Shown here in pieces: positions 22,200-34,864 of a stretch of DNA of 64,000 nucleotides. Numbering within the stretch: the first letter of the stretch is position 1; every line of letters starts with the position of its first letter. Below the pieces are notes generated by a model. The model had not been told where the DNA came from. It did not search any database and saw nothing but the letters and a program-made list of their open reading frames with translations. Both the position numbers and the translations under genes were made by a program. The stretch is from Eledone cirrhosa (Eukaryota): NCBI GenBank assembly GCA_964016885.1, contig OZ024742.1, forward strand, positions 198,276,001 through 198,340,000, read 5' to 3'.

Positions 22200-25100
22200 C
22201 TCTCATAGTAACATTCAACTTTCCTCAACACGACCTACACATTTCATTTCTCTTCACAACATTCATCACTGGCTCTAGTCCTCACAATGAGTAACATTCA
22301 ACTTTCCTCAACACGACCTACACATCTCATTTCTCTTCACAACATTCAACTTTCCTCAAGACGACCTACACATCTCATTTCTGTTCACAACATTCATCAC
22401 TGGCTCTAGTCCTTTCACTGAGTAACATTCAACTTTCCTCAACATGACCTACACATCTCATTTCTCTTCACAACATTCATTACTGGCTCTAGTCCTCTCA
22501 CTGAGTAACATTCAACTTTCCTCAACACGACCTACACATTTCATTTCTCTTCACAACATTCATCACCGGCTCTAGTCCTCTCACTGCGTAACATTCAACT
22601 TTCCTCAACACGACCTACACATCTCATTTCTCTTCACAATATTCCTCACTGGCTCTAGTCCTCTCACTGAGTAACATTCAACTTTCCTCAACACGACCTA
22701 CACATCTCATTTCTCTTCACAACATTCATTACTGGCTCTAGTCCTCACACTGAGTAACATTCAACTTTCCTCAACACGACCTACACATCTCATTTCTCTT
22801 CACACCATTCAACTTTCCTCAACACGACCTACACATTTCATTTCTCTTCACAACATTCATCGCTGGCTCTAGTCCTCTCACTGAGTAACATGCAACTTTC
22901 CTCAACACGACCTACACATCTCATTTCTCTTCACAATATTCCTCACTGGCTCTAGTCCTCTCACTGAGTAACATTCAACTGTCCTCAACACGACCTACAC
23001 ATCTCATTTCTCTTCACAACATTCAACTTTCCTCAACACGACCTACACATTTCATTTCTCTTCACAACATTCATCGCTGGCTCTAGTCCTCTCACTGAGT
23101 AACATGCAACTTTCCTCAACACGACCTACACATCTCATTTCTCTTCACAATATTCCTCACTGGCTCTAGTCCTCTCACTGAGTAACATTCAACTGTCCTC
23201 AACACGACCTACACATCTCATTTCTCTTCACAACATTCAACTTTCCTCAACACGACCTACACATTTCATTTCTCTTCACAACATTCATCACTGGCTCTAG
23301 TCCTCTCACTGAGTAACATTCAACTTTCCTCAACACGACCTACACATCACATTACTCTTCACAACATTCATCACCGGCTCTAGTCCTCTCACTGAGTAAC
23401 ATTCAACTTTCCTCACCACGACCTACACATCTCATTTCTCTTCACAACATTCATCACTCGCTCTAGTCCTCTCACTGAGTAACATTCAACTTTCCTCAAC
23501 ACGACCTACACATCTCATGTCTCTTCACAATGTTCATCACTCGCTCTAGTCCTCTCACTGAGTAACATTCAACTTTCCTCAACACGACCTACACATCACA
23601 TTTCTCTTCACAACATTCATTACTGGCTCTAGTCCTCTCACTGAGTAACATTCAACTTTCCTCAACACGACCTACACATCTCATTTCTCTTCACAACATT
23701 CAACTTTCCTCAACACGACCTACACATCTCATTTCTCTTCACAACATTCAACTTTCCTCACCACGACCTACACATCTCATTTCTCTTCACAACATTCATC
23801 ACTGGCTCTAGTCCTCTCACTGAGTAACATTCAACTTTCCTCAACACGACCTACACATCTCATGTCTCTTCACAATGTTCATCACTCGCTCTAGTCCTCT
23901 CACTGAGTAACATTCAACTTTCCTCAACACGACCTACACATCACATTTCTCTTCACAACATTCATTACTGGCTCTAGTCCTCTCACTGAGTAACATTCAA
24001 CTGTCCTCAACACGACCTACACATCTCATTTCTCTTCACAACATTCAACTTTCCTCAACACGACCTACACATCTCATTTCTCTTCACAACATTCATTACT
24101 GGCTCTAGTCCTCACACTGAGTAACATTCAACTATCCTCAACACGACCTACACATCTCATTTCTCTTCACAACATTCATTACTGGCTCTAGTCCTCACAC
24201 TGAGTAACATTCAACTATCCTCAACACGACCTACACATCTCATTTCTCTTCACAATATTCATTAATGGCTCTAGTCCTCTCACTGAGTAAGATTCAACTT
24301 TCCTCAACACGACCTACACATCTCATGTCTCTTCACAATGTTCATCACTCGCTCTAGTCCTCTCACTGAGTAACATTCAACTTTCCTCAACACGACCTAC
24401 ACATCTCATGTCTCTTCACAATGTTCATCACTCGCTCTAGTCCTCTCACTGAGTAACATTCAACTTTCCTCAACACGACCTACATATCTCATTTCTCTTC
24501 ACAACATTCATTACTGGCTCTAGTCCTCTCACTGAGTAACATTCAACTTTCATCAACACGACCTACATATCTCATTTCTCTTCACAACATTCATTACTGG
24601 CTCTAGTCCTCTCACTGAGTAACATTCAACTTTCCTCAACACGACCTACACATCTCATTTCTCTTCACAACATTCATCACTGGCTCTAGTCCTCTCACTG
24701 AGTAACATTCAACTATCCTCAACACGACCTACACATCTCATTTCTCTTCACAACATTCATCACTGGCTCTAGTCCTCACACTGAGTAACATTCAACTTTC
24801 CTCAACACGACCTACACATCTCATTTCTCTTCACAATATTCCTCACTGGCTCTAGTCCTCTCACTGAGTAACATTCAACTTTCCTCAACACGACCTACAC
24901 ATCTCATTTCTCTTCACAACATTCAACTTTCCTCAACACGACCTACACGTTTCATTTCTCTTCACAACATTCATCGCTGGCTCTAGTCCTCTCACTGAGT
25001 AACATGCAACTTTCCTCAACACGACCTACACATCTCATTTCTCTTCACAATATTCCTCACTGGGTCTAGTCCTCTCACTGAGTAACATTCAACTTTCCTC

Positions 25101-28100
25101 AACACGACCTACACATCTCATTTCTCTTCACAATATTCCTCACTGGCTCTAGTCCTCTCACTGAGTAACATTCAACTTTCCTCAACACGACCTACACATC
25201 TCATTTCTCTTCACAACATTCAACTTTCCTCAACACGACCTACACATTTCATTTCTCTTCACAACATTCATCGCTGGCTCTAGTCCTCTCACTGAGTAAC
25301 ATTCAACTTTCCTCAACACGACCTACACATCTCATTTCTCTTCACATCATTCATTACTGGCTCTAGTCCTCTCACTGAGTAACATTCAACTTTCCTCAAC
25401 ACGACCTACACATCTCATTTCTCTTCACAACATTCATCACTGGCTCTAGTCCTCTCACTGAGTAACATTCAACTTTCCTCAACACGACCTACACATCTCA
25501 TTTCTCTTCACAACATTCATCACTGGCTCTAGTCCTCTCACTGAGTAACATTCAACTTTCCTCAACACGACCTACACATCTCATTTCTCTTCACAACATT
25601 CATTACTGGCTCTAGTCCTCACACTGAGTAACATTCAACTTTCCTCAACACGACCTACACATCTCATTTCTCTTCACAACATTCAACTTTCCTCAACACG
25701 ACCTACACATTTCATTTCTCTTCACAACATTCATCACCGGCTCTAGTCCTCTCACTGAGTAACATTCAACTTTACACAACACGACCTACACATCTCATTT
25801 CTCTTCACAACATTCATTACTGGCTCTAGTCCTCTCACTGAGTAACATTCAACTTTACACAACACGACCTACACATCTCATTTCTCTTCACAACATTCAT
25901 TACTGGCTCTAGTCCTCTCACTGAGTAACATTCAACTTTACACAACACAACCTACACATCTCATTTCTCTTCACATTCATTACTGGCTCTAGTCCTCTCA
26001 CTGAGTAACATTCAACTTTCCTCAACACGACCTACACATCTCATTTCTCTTCACAATATTCATTACTGGCTCTAGTCCTCTCACTGAGTAACATTCAACT
26101 GTCCTCAACACGACCTACACATCTCATTTCTCTTCACAACGTTCAACTTTCCTCAACACGACCTACACATTTCATTTCTCTTCACAACATTCATCAATGG
26201 CTCTAGTCCTCTCACTGAGTAACATTCAACTTTCCTCAACACGACCTACACATCTCATTTCTCTTCACAATATTCATTACTGGCTCTAGTCCTCTCACTG
26301 AGTAAGATTCAACTTACCTCAACACGACCTACACATCTCATTTCTCTTCACAACATTCATCACTGGCTCTAGTCCTCACACTGAGTAACATTCAACTTTC
26401 CTCAACACGACCTACACATCTCATTTCTCTTCACAATATTCCTCACTGGCTCTAGTCCTCTCACTGAGTAACATTCAACTTTCCTCAACACGACCTACAC
26501 ATCTCATTTCTCTTCACAACATTCAACTTTCCTCAACACGACCTACACGTTTCATTTCTCTTCACAACATTCATCGCTGGCTCTAGTCCTCTCACTGAGT
26601 AACATGCAACTTTCCTCAACACGACCTACACATCTCATTTCTCTTCACAATATTCCTCACTGGCTCTAGTCCTCTCACTGAGTAACATTCAACTGTCCTC
26701 AACACGACCTACACATCTCATTTCTCTTCACAACATTCAACTTTCCTCAACACGACCTACACATTTCATTTCTCTTCAGAACAGTCATCACTGGCTCTAG
26801 TCCTCTCACTGAGTAACATTCAACTTTCCTCAACACGACCTACACATCTCATTTCTCTTCACATCATTCATTACTGGCTCTAGTCCTCTCACTGAGTAAC
26901 ATTCAACTTTCCTCAACACGACCTACACATCTCATTTCTCTTCACAACATTCATCACTGGCTCTAGTCCTCTCACTGAGTAACATTCAACTTTCCTCAAC
27001 ACGACCTACACATCTCATTTCTCTTCACAATATTCATTACTGGCTCTAGTCCTCTCACTGAGTAACATTCAACTTTCCTCAACACGACCTACACATCTCA
27101 TTTCTCTTCACAATATTCATCACTGGCTCTAGTCCTCTCACTGAGTAACATTCAACTTTCCTCAACACGACCTACACATTTCATTTCTCTTCACAACATT
27201 CATCACTGGCTCTAGTCCTCTCACTGAGTAACATTCAACTTTCCTCAACACGACCTACACATCTCATTTCTCTTCACAACATTCATTACTGGCTCTAGTC
27301 CTCACACTGAGTAACATTCAACTTTCCTCAACACGACCTACACATCTCATTTCTCTTCACAACATTCAACTTTCCTCAACACGACCTACACATTTCATTT
27401 CTCTTCACAACATTCATCGCTGGCTCTAGTCCTCTCACTGAGTAACATTCAACTTTCCTCAACACGACCTACACATCTCATTTCTCTTCACAATATTCCT
27501 CACTGGCTCTAGTCCTCTCACTGAGTAACATTCAACTGTCCTCAACACGACCTACACATCTCATTTCTCTTCACAACATTCAACTTTCCTCAACACGACC
27601 TACACATTTCATTTCTCTTCACAATATTCCTCACTGGCTCTAGTCCTCTCACTGAGTAACATTCAACTGTCCTCAACACGACCTACACATCTCATTTCTC
27701 TTCACAACATTCAACTTTCCTCAACACGACCTACACATCTCATTTCTCTTCACAATATTCCTCACTGGCTCTAGTCCTCACACTGAGTAACATTCAACTT
27801 TCCTCAACACGACCTACACATCTCATTTCTCTTCACACCATTCAACTTTCCTCAACACGACCTACACATTTCATTTCTCTTCACAACATTCATCGCTGGC
27901 TCTAGTCCTCTCACTGAGTAACATGCAACTTTCCTCAACACGACCTACACATCTCATTTCTCTTCACAATATTCCTCACTGGCTCTAGTCCTCTCACTGA
28001 GTAACATTCAACTTTCATCAACACGACCTACACATCTCATTTCTCTTCACAACATTCATCACTGGCTCTAGTCCTCTCACTGAGTAACATTCAACTATCC

Positions 28101-31100
28101 TCAACACGACATACACATCTCATTTCTCTTCACAACATTCAACTTTCCTCAACACGACCTACACATCTCATTTCTCTTCACAACATTCATCACCGGCTCT
28201 AGTCCTCTCACTGAGTAACATTCAACTTTACACAACACGACCTACACATCTCATTTCTCTTCACACCATTCAACTTTCCTCAACACGACCTACACATTTC
28301 ATTTCTCTTCACAACATTCATCACTCGCTCTAGTCCTCTCACTGAGTAACATTCAACTTTCCTCAACACGACCTACACATCTCATTTCTCTTCACAACAT
28401 TCATTACTGGCTCTAGTCCTCTCACTGAGTAACATTCAACTTTCATCAACACGACCTACACATCTCATTTCTCTTCACAACATTCATCACTGGCTCTAGT
28501 CCTCTCACTGAGTAACATTCAACTATCCTCAACACGACATACACATCTCATTTCTCTTCACAACATTCAACTTTCCTCAACACGACCTACACATCTCATT
28601 TCTCTTCACAACATTCATTACTGGCTCTAGTCCTCTGACTGAGTAACATTCAACTTTACACAACACGACCTACACATCTCATTTCTCTTCACAACATTCA
28701 TCACTGGCTCTAGTCCTCTCACTGAGTAACATTCAACTTTACACAACACAACCTACACATCTCATTTCTCTTCACAACATTCATCACTGGCTCTAGTCCT
28801 CTCACTGAGTAACATTCAACTTTCCTCAACACGACCTACACATCTCATTTCTCTTCACAATATTCATTACTGGCTCTAGTCCTCTCACTGAGTAACATTC
28901 AACTGTCCTCAACACGACCTACACATCTCATTTCTCTTCACAACGTTCAACTTTCCTCAACACGACCTACACATTTCATTTCTCTTCACAACATTCATCA
29001 ATGGCTCTAGTCCTCTCACTGAGTAACATTCAACTTTCCTCAACACGACCTACACATCTCATTTCTCTTCACAATATTCATTACTGGCTCTAGTCCTCTC
29101 ACTGAGTAAGATTCAACTTACCTCAACACGACCTACACATCTCCTTTCTCTTCACAACATTCATTACTGGCTCTAGTCCTCTCACTGAGTAACATTCAAC
29201 TTTCCTCAACACGACCTACACATCTCATTTCTCTTCACAACATTCATCACTGGCTCTAGTCCTCACACTGAGTAACATTCAACTTTCCTCAACACGACCT
29301 ACACATCTCATTTCTCTTCACAATATTCCTCACTGGCTCTAGTCCTCTCACTGAGTAACATTCAACTTTCCTCAACACGACCTACACATCTCATTTCTCT
29401 TCACAACATTCAACTTTCCTCAACACGACCTACACGTTTCATTTCTCTTCACAACATTCATCGCTGGCTCTAGTCCTCTCACTGAGTAACATGCAACTTT
29501 CCTCAACACGACCTACACATCTCATTTCTCTTCACAATATTCCTCACTGGCTCTAGTCCTCTCACTGAGTAACATTCAACTGTCCTCAACACGACCTACA
29601 CATCTCATTTCTCTTCACAACATTCAACTTTCCTCAACACGACCTACACATTTCATTTCTCTTCAGAACAGTCATCACTGGCTCTAGTCCTCTCACTGAG
29701 TAACATTCAACTTTCCTCAACACGACCTACACATCTCATTTCTCTTCACATCATTCATTACTGGCTCTAGTCCTCTCACTGAGTAACATTCAACTTTCCT
29801 CAACACGACCTACACATCTCATTTCTCTTCACAACATTCATCACTGGCTCTAGTCCTCTCACTGAGTAACATTCAACTTTCCTCAACACGACCTACACAT
29901 CTCATTTCTCTTCACAACATTCATCACTGGCTCTAGTCCTCTCACTGAGTAACATTCAACTTTCCTCAACACGACCTACACATCTCATTTCTCTTCACAA
30001 CATTCATTACTGGCTCTAGTCCTCACACTGAGTAACATTCAACTTTCCTCAACACGACCTACACATCTCATTTCTCTTCACAACATTCAACTTTCCTCAA
30101 CACGACCTACACATTTCATTTCTCTTCACAACATTCATCGCTGGCTCTAGTCCTCTCACTGAGTAACATTCAACTTTCCTCAACACGACCTACACATCTC
30201 ATTTCTCTTCACAATATTCCTCACTGGCTCTAGTCCTCTCACTGAGTAACATTCAACTGTCCTCAACACGACCTACACATCTCATTTCTCTTCACAACAT
30301 TCAACTTTCCTCAACACGACCTACACATTTCATTTCTCTTCACAATATTCCTCACTGGCTCTAGTCCTCTCACTGAGTAACATTCAACTGTCCTCAACAC
30401 GACCTACACATCTCATTTCTCTTCACAACATTCAACTTTCCTCAACACGACCTACACATCTCATTTCTCTTCACAATATTCCTCACTGGCTCTAGTCCTC
30501 ACACTGAGTAACATTCAACTTTCCTCAACACGACCTACACATCTCATTTCTCTTCACACCATTCAACTTTCCTCAACACGACCTACACATTTCATTTCTC
30601 TTCACAACATTCATCGCTGGCTCTAGTCCTCTCACTGAGTAACATGCAACTTTCCTCAACACGACCTACACATCTCATTTCTCTTCACAATATTCCTCAC
30701 TGGCTCTAGTCCTCTCACTGAGTAACATTCAACTGTCTTCAACACGACCTACACATCTCATTTCTCTTCACGACATTCAACTTTCCTCAACACGACCTAC
30801 ACATTTCATTTCTCTTCACAACAGTCATCACTGGCTCTAGTCCTCTCACTGAGTAACATTCAACTTTCCTCAACACGACCTACACATCTCATTTCTCTTC
30901 ACATCATTCATTACTGGCTCTAGTCCTCTCACTGAGTAACATTCAACTTTCCTCAACACGACCTACACATCTCATTTCTCTTCACAACATTCATCACTGG
31001 CTCTAGTCCTCTCACTGAGTAACATTCAACTTTCCTCAACACGACCTACACATCTCATTTCTCTTCACAACATTCATCACTGGCTCTAGTCCTCTCACTG

Positions 31101-32364
31101 AGTAACATTCAACTTTCCTCAACACGACCTACACATCTCATTTCTCTTCACAACATTCATTACTGGCTCTAGTCCTCACACTGAGTAACATTCAACTTTC
31201 CTCAACACGACCTACACATCTCATTTCTCTTCACAACATTCAACTTTCCTCAACACGACCTACACATTTCATTTCTCTTCACAACATTCATCGCTGGCTC
31301 TAGTCCCCTCACTGAGTAACATTCAACTTTCCTCAACACGACCTACACATCTCATTTCTCTTCACAATATTCATCACTGGCTCTAGTCCTCTCACTGAGT
31401 AACATTCAACTTTCCTCAACACGACCTACACATCTCATTTCTCTTCACAACATTCATCGCTGGCTCTAGTCCCCTCACTGAGTAACATTCAACTTTCCTC
31501 AACACGACCTACACATCTCATTTCTCTTCACAATATTCATCACTGGCTCTAGTCCTCTCACTGAGTAACATTCAACTTTCCTCAACACGACCTACACATC
31601 TCATTTCTCTTCACAACATTCATTAATGGCTCTAGTCCTCTCACTGAGTAACATTCAACTTTCCTCAACACGACCTACACATCTCATTTCTCTTCACAAC
31701 ATTCATTACTGGCTCTAGTCCTCTCACTGAGTAACATTCAACTTTCCTCAACACGACCTACACATCTCATTTCTCTTCACAACATTCATTAATGGCTCTA
31801 GTCCTCACACTGAGTAACATTCAACTTTCCTCAACACGACCTACACATCTCATTTCTCTTCACAACATTCATTACTGGCTCTAGTCCTCTCACTGAGTAA
31901 CATTCAACTTTCCTCAACACGACCTACACATCTCATTTCTCTTCACAACATTCATTAATGGCTCTAGTCCTCACACTGAGTAACATTCAACTTTCCTCAA
32001 CACGACCTACACATCTCATTTCTCTTCACAACATTCATTACTGGCTCTAGTCCTCACACTGAGTAACATTCAACTTCCCTCAACACGACCTACACATCTC
32101 ATTTCTCTTCACAATATTCATTCTGGCTCTAGTACTCACAGTGAGTAACATTCAACTTTCCTCAACACGACCTACACATCTCATTTCTCTTCACAACATT
32201 CATTAATGGCTCTAGTCCTCACACTGAGTAACATTCAACTTTCCTCAACACGACCTACACATCTCATTTCTCTTCACAATATTAATAACTGGCTCTAGTC
32301 CTCACACTGAGTAACATTCAACTTTCCTCAACACGACCTACACATCTCATTTCTCTTCACAATA
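22200..32364. repeat. 83-bp tandem satellite, left block (roughly 120 unit-equivalents)
   Basis: Each unit is module A (aacattcaactttcctcaacacgacctacacatctcatttctcttcac, 48 bp) plus module B (aacattcatcactggctctagtcctctcactgagt, 35 bp). Period checked at 25381 to 25464. Confidence 0.98.
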
Positions 32365-32667
32365 TCCTAAACCGACGGTAGTCGGTTTAGTAATATTGTT
32401 GTCTTAGTGATTTCGTTGGCAATCGTCTCTTTACAGCATTATTAGAATGTCTTCCGATTATCAAAATCACATGAAAGTTATATGAGCATGGAGAGTAAAT
32501 CATTGCACATCTCTTAAGCTAAAAATCTCGAAATTTCGTTCAGCACAAAAAAAGTTATGATCAAAGTTTGCTGAAAAAAACTGTGTTCAAGTGAGTAAGT
32601 GAGTGAGTAAGGGTGACGCTCTGTGCATTTGATGCATCTCTTGGGACCGGTCAGAGGAGGATAAGGG

Positions 32668-33227
32668 GTTATTCGGGGTGCGGCGCTTATTCGAACCCTC
32701 CCCCAGTGACTGCGATTATTCGGGGTGAGACGCTTATTCGAACCCCCCCCCCCCGCTTATTCGAACCCTCCCCCCAGTGACTGCGATTATTCGGGGTGCG
32801 GCGCTTATTCGAACCCTCCCCCCAGTGACTGCGGTTATTCGGGGTGCGGCGCTTATTCGAACCCTCCCCCCAGTGACTGCGATTATTCGGGGTGCGGCGC
32901 TTATTCGAACCCTCCCCCCAGTGACTGCGGTTATTCGGGGTGCGGCGCTTATTCGAACCCTCCCCCAGTGACTGCGATTATTCGGGGTGAGGCGCTTATT
33001 CGAACCCCCCCCCCCCCCCCACAGTGACTGCGGTTATTCGGGGTGCGGCGCTTATTCGAACCCCCCCCCACAGTGACTGCGATTATTCGGGGTGAGGCGC
33101 TTATTCGAACCCTCCCCCAGTGACTGCTGTTATTTGGGGTGAGGGTCTTATTCGAACCCCCCCTAGTGACTGCGGTTATTCGGGGTGCGGTGGTTATTTG
33201 AACCCCCCCCCAGTGACTGCGGTTATT
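32668..33227. repeat. GC-rich minisatellite of about 48 bp (about 12 copies)
   Basis: agtgactgcg(a/g)ttattcggggtgcggcgcttattcgaaccctcccccc is repeated, with a variable-length C run. Confidence 0.95.
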
Positions 33228-33552
33228 TTTTTGAATTTGAATTTTAAATGTTGATACAATGTGGCAGTAAACATTAATCATTGAGCTAATTAGGAGCTAT
33301 TATGTTCTCCTATCTCGCGATAAGTGGTCACACGTTGCAAACTAGTTGAGGTTGTCTTCTATTTATATTCAAATGAGTAATCACTCACTGCATTGTTCTC
33401 TTTCAAAGCAGTCGCTGATTGATATACTAGAAATTCAGAAAATCATTTGGATTTGTACTAATAGTTGTGAATAGTTGTGCTATTTTTTGTACCGATAGGT
33501 GCGAGTAGTGAACTCATTTGCAATAGGTGCGAATAGTGTGCTCATTTGACAT

Positions 33553-34215
33553 ATGAAAATGACGTCTCTCGGCTTTTTTATCGGCTTATTTATTTTGACT
33601 ATTACAAATGAAAAATTTGTTTCCCTGCAAAAGTCTCGCCAAAATGGTCGCAAAAAAAATCGCAAAAGGTCACTTCATACGTTTCGCGGCTTTCGAAAAA
33701 AGTCACCATATACGTTTCGCGGCTTTTTGATCGGCTTATTACTTTTTTGCCTGGCGCGAAAATGCAATATTTCCATTTCGAATGAAACAATTCCACAATC
33801 GGGCAATTCGAATGATGAAATTCACATTCAGGCGGCTTTTTACAAATCCAATAAACGAATTTACCCGATTTCCAATCAGAAATATAGAACACGTGCACTG
33901 ATCTTATCATTGCTTATTATCGGTTGTGTTGAATTAAATCCTGGACCTGAATTTGAATTCAATGAGACTGATAGTGCTTCCGAATGTCCCAAAGATCAAA
34001 AAATTCATAAAGAGAATGAAAAACGGAGAAAAAATGCCATTAGGAATAGGGAGTATAAAAAACGGAAAGCTGCTGAAATAAAAGAAAAAAGACAATCAGA
34101 ACAAGCAAAACATATGAATAATGCATACCAAAAAGCGCGTGAAGAAAATACAAAAATCCAAAAAAAATTATCATGTGAAAAATTGACAAAAAATCGACAA
34201 AAATGGCGTGCGTGA
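33553..34215 (+). CDS. Putative or relic ORF with a 2A-like motif (LLIIGCVELNPGP) followed by a basic, charged helical region
   Basis: 220-aa ORF with the motif at 33922-33948. The C-terminus runs into a tandem repeat, and expression is unknown. Confidence 0.4.
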   Translation: MKMTSLGFFIGLFILTITNEKFVSLQKSRQNGRKKNRKRSLHTFRGFRKKSPYTFRGFLIGLLLFCLARKCNISISNETIPQSGNSNDEIHIQAAFYKSNKRIYPISNQKYRTRALILSLLIIGCVELNPGPEFEFNETDSASECPKDQKIHKENEKRRKNAIRNREYKKRKAAEIKEKRQSEQAKHMNNAYQKAREENTKIQKKLSCEKLTKNRQKWRA

Positions 34216-34400
34216 AGAAAATCCAAAAATCCAAAAAAAAATTATCATGTGAAAAATTGACAAAAAATCGACAAAAATGGCGCGCGTGAAAAAAAATCAA
34301 AAAAACCCAAAAAAATTTGCATGTGAAAAATTGACAAAAAATCGACCAAAAATGGCGCGCGTGAAAAAAATCCCAAAAAAATTTGCATGTGAAAATTGAT
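34131..34400. repeat. A-rich tandem repeat of about 75 bp (3-4 copies)
   Basis: aaaatggcgcgcgtgaaaaaaatcc...catgtgaaaaattgacaaaaaatcgac is repeated. Confidence 0.9.
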
Positions 34401-34864
34401 ATTTGCCTTCTATTGCATTAGAATTTGTCATGTTTAATTAAAATGTTATTTTCAACTAAATGCAAATGGTGCAAATTTGCTCCATTTAGATTCAGTTGTT
34501 AATGCTCACCTACTAATTTAAAAAAATTGTATTTTCTTAAATGACTCTTATTTATCATAAGTTAATATTTTTAAGATAGGTGAGTGCTCCACGATCTGAC
34601 CTATGTCCCCGCCATGTGGAGTGGATGCTTGTACCAATTAGATAAAATATCTCAACTTATTTCTGTGACTCCAATGCACAGGCTGACACTGTAGCTTGAA
34701 TTAAATTCAAAATTGGTACAAGTAACTAAGAGGTCACAAAAGAATAGCTTCACTTTCACCTATAGTTTTCATTAACATCATTTTTGGGATTTTTTGATAG
34801 AAGTAACTAAAGTAATAACTATTTAATTAAGTAGTTGTTGTTTGCATTGCCTTGAAAAATAGGA

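Noticed and set aside
32725-33281. Cys/Pro-rich repeat-protein ORFs
   Set aside because: They are by-products of a 48-bp minisatellite open in several frames, and the variable C runs break the frame.
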